Shown: in pieces, positions 27,101-34,100 of the stretch
How the letters are laid out: every line of letters starts with the position of its first letter
Position numbering within the stretch: the first letter of the stretch is position 1
Virus record (IMG/VR): IMGVR_UViG_3300020470_000012
Location: 1-53,434 of that record
Origin: a virus
Lineage: Duplodnaviria > Caudoviricetes
Strand: one strand, 5' to 3'
Length of the DNA stretch: 53,434 bases
Position numbers and translations under genes: made by a program
Notes under the pieces: model-generated
Database searches by the model: none
What the model was told of the DNA's origin: nothing
What the model saw: only the letters and a program-made list of their open reading frames with translations

Positions 27101-29408
27101 ATTCCAAGAGTTCTTTGCATATTCTAATGGTAAATATGCTATCTTAGATGAAATTGATATTACATCTTCCGCAACAACATTTGTTATGACGCAAGATGGA
27201 AAATTAGTAATACCTAATATATCTGAACAGATTGTTGTTACTGTCAATGGTGTTGTTCAAGAATTTGGACAAGCATATGTTGTCAATGAGTCTCTAATTG
27301 AATTCTATAAACCAATTGCAGCAGGTTCTGATTTACAGATTATATATTGGTATGGTAGAGATTTGGAGAAAGTTCTCAAGGGTTATAACGTACCTCTCTA
27401 TGAACCAAGTTACATTAAGAGAGACAGTACTGGTGCTCCTATTCTCTTTACTACTGAGAGTGGAATACCAACAAATAAGAGAATTAGAACTCTTCCATTA
27501 GAAGCATATCCTATTTACGAATTCTTCAGACTAGGAGATAATATCAAGATAGATGGAGAAAATGCTGAAAGAGAGCTTATAGATCTTTCTAACAGAGATA
27601 TTATTGAATGGGAGAAGAAAATTGGTACTAATGAATATTCACTTGATGCTGCTACTGGTATTCTAGGTTCTCCTATAGAGATTAGATTTGAAACTTATGG
27701 CAATCAATCAACTTCTGGATTTATATCTGGAACTAAAGTTGTATATGACAATAATGGAAATAGTGATATTCCTGGATTGACTAATGGAACAACATATTAT
27801 CTTGGATATACTTATACAACTAAAGGAGTCAAGTTATTTGATAACTACCTAGATTCTATTGGTGGTGGAACAAATTCCATAGCAATATCTCCTGGAACAG
27901 GAGTTCATAAGTTTCTACTCGAAACTGATTTATCTGGTCTAAAACAGACACAATTCAAGACTTCTGATTATACTGGTGAAATTAGAGGACGTGAAGCTAC
28001 CTTTACTGCAAGGGTTAGATTTACAATGCTTCTATCTGATTCAACTGCATATACCACTCCAGGAACAATTATGTTTAGTGGTGGTCAATCTGTTGCATCA
28101 GTAGTTCAGGATCTTGGTAATAATAAAGTAGAGATTCAAATATATCCTGATAGAATTCTTGCTGATGGAGCAACAATAACAACTGATCTTGGTGGATCTA
28201 ATTCTGTAACCTTGACTTCTAAGGAGAATGGTTATGTTTATGAAATTGATTCTCTAACTGGATCATTCCCAACTGGATTAGATTATGATACTGCACCTAT
28301 TCTTATAATCAAGGCTGCAGAAACTGATAACGGTGGATTTGCAAGAGCACATGCTGAAATTGATCAGAATAAACAGATTTCTAAATGTGTTGTTGATGAA
28401 CCTGGTGAAAATTATTTCCAAGTACCAGAAGTTCTTGTTACCAGAGCATATAAGCATATTACTCAAACATATCCTCTTGCTCTAGTAAGAAATCAATATA
28501 ATTTCTGGTCATCCTTTGATACTACATTGAGAACTACTATGGTTCTTGATGCCAAGCAACTTACTGTTAGTTTTGATACTACAATAACTACTACACCACT
28601 TACAAAAGCTGGTCAAGAAGTTACAATATTCCGTACTGATGAGATTGTTGATGATCTCTTAGCTGATGATTCATCAAGAGTATATGATTATCATGGTTCA
28701 ACTGATCCTGCATTCCCAACAGAATCTGCATCTGGTATACCAAATCAGGTTTCTATAGGTAATTTGAAATTATTCCCAACATTCCAATCTTTTGAAGAGA
28801 ATAAGTTCAATGTAGATAATACATTAACTATTGGTGCTCTTGATAATAAGTTTGGATCATTAAGAATCAAGGATGTTGCTGATAGATTCTATTCTTCATT
28901 ATATGAAGATGCAAACGTTGCAGGACATCAGCAGATAAGATTTGATGCTACATGCCATACCATGATAAGAGAATTTGCTGGAAAATTCTCTGTAGCTGGT
29001 TCTATTGGAAATAATTTTATTAATTTAGAAGGTGTTCAAGGATTCAACTATATGACAGTTGAAGGTAATACTTTCTGGTTGACTGAGGATATGGCAATCT
29101 ATGAGGAAAGAACATTTGTTATTGTTGGTTATGTGGATAAGATTATTGATTCCAACACATTTATTCTAAGATTGAATGTTGGTCAAAATCTCTTATCTGG
29201 AACCAATATAAGTAATGTAGCAAATACTGTTATGGTATCCATTGCTTCTCAGGTTTCTGGAGAAATAGAAACAGGTAAGGAACGTCTTGCCTATGATCAA
29301 ATAGATTGGGTAAATAAGAGGTTGCTTCTTACACAACCACTAACCCATAATTATAATGTAGGGGAGTCGATCAGAACTGCCCGACCTATCCGCTTAGGAT
29401 CTACTTAG
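12114..29408 (+). CDS. gp7: Giant baseplate wedge initiator gp7-like protein (5764 aa) with YHYH-like domains and nested repeats
   Basis: N-terminal EYPTFVKFFEEYY and KYIKDFYASKGT...FLFR; IQDSYFYQDFSYVIRS...HPAGF; position between gp6 and gp8. Confidence 0.88.
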   Translation: MIKVSQLVDSQLSDFFRQEYPTFVKFFEEYYKATEIDGASTGLLRKIQKYQNADFYKDGIILETTLAVDIDETQEYIELSQKTDNKGRAIWERFPEEGLLLLDDGTNREIVQYKNISFGTLSSIRRGSSGSIKLGDLLNDSTFLNTTGTAFSASNTTVTNISHLFLATLFKNLKSQYFSGIPIERLNQDISVPTILKYIKDFYASKGTSPAIEFLFRSAFNDEKILVRYPNEQLLKSSVSTWSVDTILQGTLIKFHDNATVDNLPGLVLKQITYGYDQTIGEATANIEKVIPIKSGNDTLYRIFLNAESIIGNFQPANETRSNSTFGSNNETLVVDSTIGFPEINGEFYVEGINDTDGIPISFSYAEKTATEFYGVATNATGFTGVPKSQSVFGSNILYVVSDSQDDPFKDGYTASFRPAGLISETPITGKGLFVKEEDVVEFGLSGKKQDSPINSSWRQNVPSTEDNVRVVSYAGTMVNTYISGSYIVSRGVNQVFENNSHVFVSSNGFPDVLSIGEIRQGPHSALAVASQRHLKKIPKVPSLGKSKVKQPDNGTIGVTIDGVPIISLTGQNTELDGPILGQGGQLVSAGELNDITVVDGGFGYTAPPKVIISDDFGQGAIATAQISGGKVIGVTLSSPGAYQQTPEVTISAGSGAQMTTEFASNNVTGEIKNLNIIQAGQDYTQVPEIVIVDESGRGRGARFVVSTIDPTSGSISAIRKVSGGYDYDVSKTKIYIVPTASGATVEAQLTEWHRDNIKEYSRYSDKHNGYPFPGLIPEYHSAYNYVGNPIGIRNVLGDNIVAGNEQAGNLEHSPILGWAYDGVPIYGPVGYEDPLPSQSGDWSIKRLESSYFLKDARNAIGIVAYQMGTFTEDYEYKPDGDPLHQDLDEFNGRFCETPEFPLGRYCYFTTVHSSRDPNQVDRYDIKPRFPYVIGPTFKYAPESSNWDSTSILKNLPSDVIRVRDVNNNLPQFGSLVGATVSNVSSGSIDSVIVENAGTNYQDGNQFFNPKWGTGDRFYVDNTDTQGAGFSAEVSSILPKDPDGKIVHVGSIVANDIIGKLDSRQQRLKVPSPTIIPGTNRLVYNRISEGDEITDNTVLEQSFETSVDIDEKVTNIQLRARNLENLSTGMTLTLEDEIVYVSGTPTNNTKFVNVRVSSTEQLSSDLPITSGSQKGFYYQYLNGSYAFDEIYVDSQNVSYKIGKIIGLDRTAKVMQLEMYINPVTDNYYTFTVSSTFNQALYNNAGGYEHSISVADVGFTGIAAAAALYNGTGSASRFSSSIQSPTTETNLWGGANNYNYFGEARAGDFEFSKQVPVIRSWDSSKAVPHGSGVTLKSQVPTGVISDYTVKISVVGVSSMDAWNVGTYIKGADSQCEGRVVKVEKTSPTEGYLYIQDIKSGPNAGDLPRFGNWDGTNFTGETVNEIGIGATNTIDGGVITSYNPITQTTTQLTKTIENLDTILHVANPDAFPLDRYIAIGVEKMRIVSRDLENKTWTVARKQLGSAYPTSGSHLNGTVIEISNSAGTFTAGSDKYYATVDLYNAQTFTSSSTFKDQDDQNIDVEEAILNPITADQRNITFGPTNFDFFNLGNVIKIGTEFIRLDGVAGNIFHATRGFNNTTAQEHAHDSSITNQSELQATVTVREKENGVDIGPISHGLDESDIVEIFGDPSEDETSKTLVEVKFDGSANRFRFKSIHTNDTFESNPNLTFVYGHTYEFDVSDLSNQTTILSFYNDDLYTDEYAVDRNGTPGNANAKVTLSITDTSIANLFYDNSNSSITDSNPKVNFVEDPYNVSGTSIFNVTESTFDYIVKRRVEGSARGTKKMGVVTPNVFGEIANVNILNQGYGYESLPIIKGISLRDEDKIRYTITVDEDNGAITSVDVVYGGKRYISPTVYVIGNGTGAKLITDTLAGSVRTIRVEDGGLGYSTGTELLLVEEDERNVRVLPSSSTIGKVIGLNITNPGARFSNNFTMVPETTIPTSMQLVNLGNDNPDSPKRYEFGERVYQGDVNNPLVTGIVVDYNEINQTLRVKSVVGEFLVGVQLRGYLSGTISTPQTVNAASIQSTIDAITSISGFFSDDLGKLSTSSQKIQDSYFYQDFSYVIRSQIPVSDWREIIKDSTHPAGFLVFGEVILDSSASVTTVPLGGSTTCPPNVHKFTFDTKADIVADYTSSYSWGTTLFLRNGADIKVGDSFKFYQDSFDYELKWKAINAAGDIIEGKLVDQKIYYITDAINDGLGNAHVKISLYHPNDTFADAEHNRERFDLSLQPTLGSYLPNFTCDSQNPYKQITIEVFKEFIDIDPTIPMELTDSLKTVQINKFFRMVERPGMGSLISAEGTVAIDLSYVDDITANIDGIKKIYDIREEGSLISPWSDNSLLVTIDGVGQEPGKAFTIINDRKIESLEITSTGDGSLEYDSWKITSGSTDIDNGVTVVSGTADVKQVYKDEEFIYITSQGVPSYTATLGPYSGLNPSFQDYIKRIPTEVFAPVDKEPTPLGVIGIFANGTLLQNSTLETTYNNKNKWTITEVGSSPLSDEFGGMANTRGQYYQACNPIGLRRQLNDNMTSSGAYAEDATTPTHSPILGWMFDGTPIYGPYGYTDPHSAISAVKRIESGYSTRQIGTRNTFIDGTILTGDDIGPPVDSVEFNVVGFVPFAGATDEFLPGAVLTQVNSQTDDTVVSGVSGIVQSFDPITGKVLIASVNGVFSQNMWVKSPTAWCQISNVPIIYNIGYFVEDYSYSSTGADLDVYNGRFCVTPEFPEGRYCYFATIKNENYTYSTTSTPELNAAYPFVVGPNLYHKFYQENQLTKGELASKIIFANPPKEIIDSSTGHTQTQKFVARKFGFSDVPNNRNFNKKFVDISPQFDGYKTTFALQYNAQQPNFAPTDPIEPSENALVFMDGIIQIPGVDKSYTIDDVANTITFSTPPKRIGKLINMSEIAGILNFRENEIVVGKTSGATGRVINRTPLGYEGKGVLKVEVLTKDFVDGENITAPAVSGDVEPRTGKDTTGAVIQLGNLNVSGASYDPNTGEMILTVSDVNHLVEDLNGNLISTPITTNDVLNIRYKSITFTCFQDNHQTEHSYPRAGDPAHRQNLNITAVGAQTITVNVGVSPNKTTHLFVNASNPAVLVNGKTFGRQEIDTPINLKGTVTAKDRFLDAANLLEANKQLIAEESVLAMLDYPAYKGSFSVASNQGGNYTHRFESGVTNAITANDGSQYTAVTNTTYNPASGFLTLDIGTHTLTTANTITIDDGGVTFSCAKDNNATNHAYPRATDPASGQSLAITAAVGDTITVNVGSSPFNNQDCIDDVKDVISAIVDNIRFGGNDEVYDAADLYVNGGVLQHLVGEEEPSKLAFRWAKDLCVLAMQNKLNDYNKLGTANGYSSIDNASTNKMIDGANLIEWNKDLIAHEALERMSAQYPTYTYNSGYTSDDCLDDLKDTLDCMIFNMTYGGNNKTWDAANFYAQGAYIVTGKETEIVYAFNAAKDISSEVCRNILVNITGSHGFTQHTNATITDSTITSFTPSAATYNPTSGEMVLTIANHGLTSANTIEIDTDSLEFTCSMDNNATKHTYPRSSDPSNSKALEILNSTTNTITVNVGSSPLETYNITDADYNETSGDMEITIGDHNFIEGSGIKLAANSLTFTCLKDFNVTEHSYPRTTDPVYDKSIPIKSIGTIPYSISDADYNPETGIVTLTVPGQSFTNPTRHTAESASYNPLTGELTVTVGTNNTFKVSDMIRIAPNSMFFTCTMDANATQHSYPRLSDPVANKWLPISGVSTSSFTVNVGTSNISGYDVSDSTYNPTTGDLTLDIGPHNLDIGTSIRIGKDSLRFTCDMDNNGSYHTYPRSTDPFYDKAVNISAKSSTTITVNVGTTPLASHNVTDATYDTTSGNLQLEIGSHTLQVGESIRLQPESLTFSCAFNGASGAAAEKAYPRATGATTNTGADYAYNTALEIISITSTKITVNVNGGQGAISNSDVHTFVSATSGAVVSGGNYPHTYVNQSNTFTPTGASYNPTTGFMTLTVNDHKFGNGDHIRIADNSIVMTCTHGSGQKSYPRISDPVSGKWIPVSNVTANTFDVQVLDSAPSTNTTPHTFISAQTNCIERAVVSTGGNYAHTFIDALAGGIEKATQLVKLDDNALMFQCAMDDYATNHTYPRPSDPYNSRWLPISGVDGDNFDIQIGVSPNKSKHKFITAEPNSLKIQDGKITINVGSSSLPTDHHPHTFVRATDGALISGGSYTHSFSSAKDNCITARTILPTLAPTDATYDATTGNLVITSKDHGLTTNDRISITPNSMNFTCSMDGNSTEHSYPRKSDPVAAAVIPVATINNSDTFTVNVGASPTVNHNVSNATYDSVTGNMILTIGNHTLNKGTSIKLADNSLTFTCAKDGNATNHTYPRTDIINKNIDTASYNPVTGILSITSTGHGFSNGETVKIANNSITMKCLMDGNSVNKNYPRSTDPISDKWVEVQNALTDTFDIFVGKSPLVKYTPGPGTTYDPNTGLVVLNIGPHNLVGEKKFTPAAGTTYNPNTGILSVRHVDHGLIVGDQIRIAPNAVTFTCLEDNNQTNHSYPRPSDPVANKVIDVVAVTADTFDVQVLDTIPSTNVTDHTFVSGIANSITKAGHSIKLAADALKFTCAKDNHATFHTYPRPSDPNFNTAIDIKDVTDTTITIQVLNTIPSTNTSDHIFIEATADSVIAGGNYTHTFVSATTNAISHRKDNAYDNSIEIIQDGSLHTVTDATYNPITGKMVVTVPTHGFSNGDHIKFNNGSLKFECTFDTTIVQSYPRPTDPYSNKWLSITWIDNDTFEVFVGKSSNTTKHTFVTADTDGLTRNNGQITINVGVAEVAEQYTHTFVSATPNAVISGGNYAHTFVSAYSNAIKVLGYDTNDCADVVSAIASLNSIVTNAITTPSSLSSVVRTPPNAYPLKYTNSDNLVFDNDIAIDPASRNYTVSCADVASSISTLMDIIINTIDNPASFASVVRTPKRSYIEKKGIFQEFFAYSNGKYAILDEIDITSSATTFVMTQDGKLVIPNISEQIVVTVNGVVQEFGQAYVVNESLIEFYKPIAAGSDLQIIYWYGRDLEKVLKGYNVPLYEPSYIKRDSTGAPILFTTESGIPTNKRIRTLPLEAYPIYEFFRLGDNIKIDGENAERELIDLSNRDIIEWEKKIGTNEYSLDAATGILGSPIEIRFETYGNQSTSGFISGTKVVYDNNGNSDIPGLTNGTTYYLGYTYTTKGVKLFDNYLDSIGGGTNSIAISPGTGVHKFLLETDLSGLKQTQFKTSDYTGEIRGREATFTARVRFTMLLSDSTAYTTPGTIMFSGGQSVASVVQDLGNNKVEIQIYPDRILADGATITTDLGGSNSVTLTSKENGYVYEIDSLTGSFPTGLDYDTAPILIIKAAETDNGGFARAHAEIDQNKQISKCVVDEPGENYFQVPEVLVTRAYKHITQTYPLALVRNQYNFWSSFDTTLRTTMVLDAKQLTVSFDTTITTTPLTKAGQEVTIFRTDEIVDDLLADDSSRVYDYHGSTDPAFPTESASGIPNQVSIGNLKLFPTFQSFEENKFNVDNTLTIGALDNKFGSLRIKDVADRFYSSLYEDANVAGHQQIRFDATCHTMIREFAGKFSVAGSIGNNFINLEGVQGFNYMTVEGNTFWLTEDMAIYEERTFVIVGYVDKIIDSNTFILRLNVGQNLLSGTNISNVANTVMVSIASQVSGEIETGKERLAYDQIDWVNKRLLLTQPLTHNYNVGESIRTARPIRLGST
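21160..26765 (+). repeat. 15 copies of a ~110-aa coding repeat (A.Y(N/D)P.TG...H......I.....(F)TC..D.....H.YPR..DP...ITVNVG...HTF)
   Basis: Counted by eye in the translation: 1 isolated, 1 permuted, and blocks of 7 and 6 nested copies. CATACATTTGTATCAGCAAC also recurs at DNA level. Confidence 0.85.
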
Positions 29409-29416
29409 ATCCACGG

Positions 29417-29430
29417 TATAAATATAAATA
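29417..29430 (+). promoter_or_regulatory. Two overlapping T4 late promoters (TATAAATATAAATA)
   Basis: TATAAATA at 29417-29424 and 29423-29430, upstream of gp8. Confidence 0.8.
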
Positions 29431-29463
29431 ACGTAAGAAAGCCCGTATTTCAACTTTTTAGCG

Positions 29464-31116
29464 ATGTCTAGTAGCCTAATTACTGAGCAGTTTAGAATCC
29501 ATAATGCCGATAAGTTCCTTAAAGCATTCGATACTACAAACAACACCAATTCCAATAACATTTACTTCTTTATTGGAAGACACACTTCATGGTATTCATC
29601 ATACGATGATAATAGTAACTATGGAGCAACCTCTTCTCCTACTTTGAGTGAGGGAAATGTCCCTGTTCCATATGACAATGGAGATTTCTATAACGAGATT
29701 CACGATGATATCCTTTCTCTGAAGAAAATCGGGTATTCAAATGTAAGAAAGGTTGTTAGACGTTACAACTGGGTTCAAGGAACAAAGTATACAATGTTCC
29801 GTCCAGATTACAATCAGACAAATCAGACTGCTCAGGGTACTTCACAACTACTAGATTCACAATTCTATGTGATGAACCCTACTACCTATGAGGTATTCAA
29901 GGTTTTGAATAATGGTGTGTCACCAACAAATCCAACAGGGGGAAGTACAGGAACTACTGCTCCTACTGCGGCTGCTGCAAACTCAGACAATATTGTTACT
30001 TCTAATGATGGATACATTTATCAGTATCTTTATAAGTTAGAAACTAACGATGTGTTATTCTTTACATCTACGGACTTTATTCCAGTAAAAGCAACTAGTT
30101 ATGCTAGTACTGTTGTAAAAGGAGCACTTGATATTGCTCTTCTAAAGACTGCTGGATCAGGTCTTCCTGTTTCTCAGGAACTTTATTTCAGAGTCAAGGG
30201 TGATGGGGATGATGTTACTAATGGTTTTGCAGTTCTAAAACTAACTACTGATGCTAGTGGTCAGGTAGATGCTGCTGAAATTACTACGAGAGGACGTAAT
30301 TACACATACGCAACTGTTGATCTCAGTGCAGGTGCTACTTACTATACTTCTGTTACAAACTTGAGAGCTGGTACTCCTTCTTCTACTCTTCCTGCTTCTG
30401 GTTATACTGCACCTACTGTAGAAATCGTTATCCCACCTCAAAATGGACATGGTTACGATGTAGAAAAGGAACTTGGTGCAAAAAGAGTCATGCTCAACAC
30501 CAGATTGATTTATGGTAATAGGTCAACTGCTGCTGATAAGACAACTGACTTCTATGTTGATCAGGATTTTAGAAGGATTGGTGTTATCAAAGATCCTACA
30601 AATCCTGCAGGATCCGCATTAACTTCTGATACTGCTAGTGGAACATTTGCTGCAATCATTGATACTTCATCTGGAAGTGGAATTTATGCTAAGGATGAGG
30701 TAATTACTCAATCTTATACTGTGACTAGGGGTACTCAAAGTCTAACAGTAAATGCAAAGGGTCGTGTTGTTGATTATTATCAATATAATACTTCAGGAAA
30801 CCTTGCAATTCTAAGATATACACAGTCACCAAATGACCCAGAACTAAGAGATGGTGATGGATCTACATATCCATTCTATACTGCAGCATCTGGTGGTGGT
30901 AGTGTAAATAATATTGTTGGTTCTGATTCTGGTGCTGATAGAGGTATTAGTAGAACTAGTCAAGGTACTATTCAACAACAAGGAACATTTGTAAATGGTC
31001 TTTGTGATCCTGAGTACGGTAAGTATACTGGAGATGTGATCTACGTTGAAAACAGAAGAGTTATTACTAGAGCTGCTGACCAAATTGAAGACGTAAAACT
31101 CGTAATTGAGTTCTGA
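29464..31116 (+). CDS. gp8: Baseplate wedge subunit gp8
   Basis: ITEQFRIHNA, YFFIGR, DGYIYQYLY, GHGYD..KELGA.RVM, DFRRIG and GDVIYVENR..ITRA.DQIEDVKLVIEF motifs. Confidence 0.93.
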   Translation: MSSSLITEQFRIHNADKFLKAFDTTNNTNSNNIYFFIGRHTSWYSSYDDNSNYGATSSPTLSEGNVPVPYDNGDFYNEIHDDILSLKKIGYSNVRKVVRRYNWVQGTKYTMFRPDYNQTNQTAQGTSQLLDSQFYVMNPTTYEVFKVLNNGVSPTNPTGGSTGTTAPTAAAANSDNIVTSNDGYIYQYLYKLETNDVLFFTSTDFIPVKATSYASTVVKGALDIALLKTAGSGLPVSQELYFRVKGDGDDVTNGFAVLKLTTDASGQVDAAEITTRGRNYTYATVDLSAGATYYTSVTNLRAGTPSSTLPASGYTAPTVEIVIPPQNGHGYDVEKELGAKRVMLNTRLIYGNRSTAADKTTDFYVDQDFRRIGVIKDPTNPAGSALTSDTASGTFAAIIDTSSGSGIYAKDEVITQSYTVTRGTQSLTVNAKGRVVDYYQYNTSGNLAILRYTQSPNDPELRDGDGSTYPFYTAASGGGSVNNIVGSDSGADRGISRTSQGTIQQQGTFVNGLCDPEYGKYTGDVIYVENRRVITRAADQIEDVKLVIEF

Positions 31117-31151
31117 TTGATTATATACCCCCCATTGCAGGATAATAGAAG

Positions 31152-34100
31152 ATGCCACAGAGTACCAATTTAAATGTAACTCCTTATTATGACGATTTTC
31201 AGTCATCAAAGGATTTCTACAGAGTTCTTTTTAGACCTGGATATTCAATTCAATCACGAGAACTAACCACATTACAATCTGTTTTACAGAATCAGGTTGA
31301 AAGTGTAGGTAAGTATCTTATGAAAGAGGGATCGATGGTGGTTCCTGGTGAAATTTCATTCAATAATCAATACAGTTATATAAAGATCTCTAGTTATTCT
31401 CAGGGATTTACACTTTCTCAGTTTCTTGGAGCAACTCTAACGGGTCAAACAACGGGGGTTATTGCCAAAGTTCTCAATGTAACTGATGAAACTTCTTCTG
31501 ATGCTGTAACATTTTTTGTTAGATATGAAAGTAGTGGTACTTCAACTACAAATAGAAGGTTTCAAGAAGGTGAAATAGTTTCGACTGATATCGTAGGATC
31601 TCCTACAGCAGTTATTGGTATTACTGGATCTACAAGACCAACTGTATATAAACCATATGGTGCTGGTGCAGATGTTAGTTTAGAGCAAAGTCCTGCAACT
31701 GGATATGGTTCAGCAGTATTTGTGCAAGAAGGTATATATTATATTAATGGTCATTTTGTAAGAAATTCGGCTCAGACACTTGTTGTTGATAAGTATACCT
31801 CTACCCCAAGTGCTAGAGTTGGTTTTCTTGTTCAGGAAGATTTGATAACTCCTGATGAAGATGAATCTCTAAATGATAATGCATCTGGATTTAGTAATTA
31901 CGCTGCTCCTGGTGCTCATAGACTAAAAATTACACTAACATTAGCATCAAGAAATATTGGTGAAGCAGTAGAAAATAATTTTATTGAATTGCTTCGTATT
32001 AAGGATGGACAAATTGAAAGAAAGGTTGAGAAGCAATCTTGGTCAGATATAGAAGAAATTCTTGCTCGTAGGACTTATGATGAGTCTGGGGATTATGTTG
32101 TTAAGAATTATAATCTAGAAATAAAAAATCATAAAGATGATAGAACAAATAATGGTGTATATCCATTAGGAACAGATGGTTTATATAATAAATTAACATC
32201 TGAAGAATCAGATGATAAAATTGTTGCTGCATTATCTCCAGGTAAAGCATATGTACGTGGTTATGAAATTGAAAACATAGGAACAAAATATAAGACATTT
32301 GATAGAGCTAGAGAGACTCTAACAAGAGAAAGAGCTTCAATTAGTATACCTGTAGGTTCTTCCTTGAACATACAGAATGTTCTTGGTTCTCCAGAAGTTG
32401 ATTCATTACAAGCTCATAGTACAAGTGCTCATAGTCAAGTAAAACTTTATAATAGATTTATCGATTCTTACTTAGGAAATACAAAATCAAATCGTGGTGA
32501 ACCTCCTGCTGTAAGATATCTACTTCATTTAGAGAACTTAGATGCTCAAAATCAATATAATTGGAATCCTACTAGTGGTGCTCCTGCTGCGGTAGAAACT
32601 AGGAATCAGAATGGTGGACCTTCTAGAGCAACTATAATTCCTGGAAGTGCTGTTAAATTAGATGCAACTGCACCTGTAGGAACATTACAAAATGGTTCTG
32701 CAACTAGTAATATTTGTGATGAATGGTTGATGGTAGTATCACTGGATAGTGGTCAAGAAAGAATGGATTCAGGTCTCAATATTGAAGACGTGAATTCTGG
32801 TGGTGTTGCAAGTGGTACAGCAAGATCTATTCTTAGAGGTGTTTATGAATTGAACACTAAACCAGTAGGAGTTGCTACTCCAAAGTTTATAAAGAATGTT
32901 TCTTCTGTTACAGATTCTTTTGGAAGGTTAGCTTCTGGTGCAAATAGAGATTCTATATTCCAGTTAGGTATATTTGATACATCAACATTTGTTTCTATAA
33001 AAGTACATAGTAATAAAACTCATGGTAAGTACACTTCTGGTGTAAAGACTGAAGGTGCTCGTATTACTGGTATGAGTAGTGGTGCTCAGGGTGTTGTTGA
33101 AGGATCTTATTCTGGAGATGGTTATGATGAAATTCTTCTTTCAAATGTAAAAGGAAAATTTGTTAGTGGTGAAAATATTGTAACTGATCCTGATAATAGT
33201 GTTAGTAGTGCTGGTAGAGTATCTACAGCAACTATTATAACAGATGGATCTATCAGAAAAATACATGTTGTAGATTCTGGAACAAGTTATTCTACTGTAG
33301 GTAATAATCCAACATCAACTCATGAACTTGCTGTTGGAATTGGATTATATCGGGATGGTAGTGATTGGTATAATGGACATGCTATAAAATTTAATAGAGA
33401 TGTTGGTAGTGTAATTTATCCATATAAGTGTACTCCTAATACTGATGGTGGTCTTCAGGCAATAGAAATTGATAATGGAGGAGCCACAGGTGATATATTC
33501 CCTAATGAATGGTCTTACTTATCACCAAAACCAAAAACATTTGGTAGCGTACCTACCGCAATGATATTGAGTGATGGTGTTGCGGCTACATTGAAAGTTG
33601 AATTGTGGAATGATTGTATCAATACTTATACTATGAAGGATGTAAAATCTGTTTCTGATTTTGCAAATACTTTTAATTTTACAGCAGATGTAATTACAGA
33701 TAATTCAGGTTTTTATAACTTTACAGAAGTTGGTCAAGCTACTGGTGTATCTGGAAATGACTATTTTGAACTTGCAAGTATTACAGTTGATCCAACAAGA
33801 TTACTCAAGGAAGATGATCTAATTAAGATTATTTCTGATAAAGGTAAAGAATTTAGATATATTGTAAAGTATGCTCATAGATCATCTTCCACCACACCTG
33901 GAAGAGTATATATTCATGGTCCTCTAATTGAAGGTGCAACAAATGCTCAAGTAGTTAAAGTTGAGGCAAAAATTAATGATGGAAATCGCAACTCGTTGAT
34001 ATTCAAATGCCCTGATCCAGTTGTAAAAACTGTTGCTAAAGATCCAACTAAGAGTGGATTTATGCTGAAGTGTGTAAAGAATTTTGCTAGTACAGTTAGT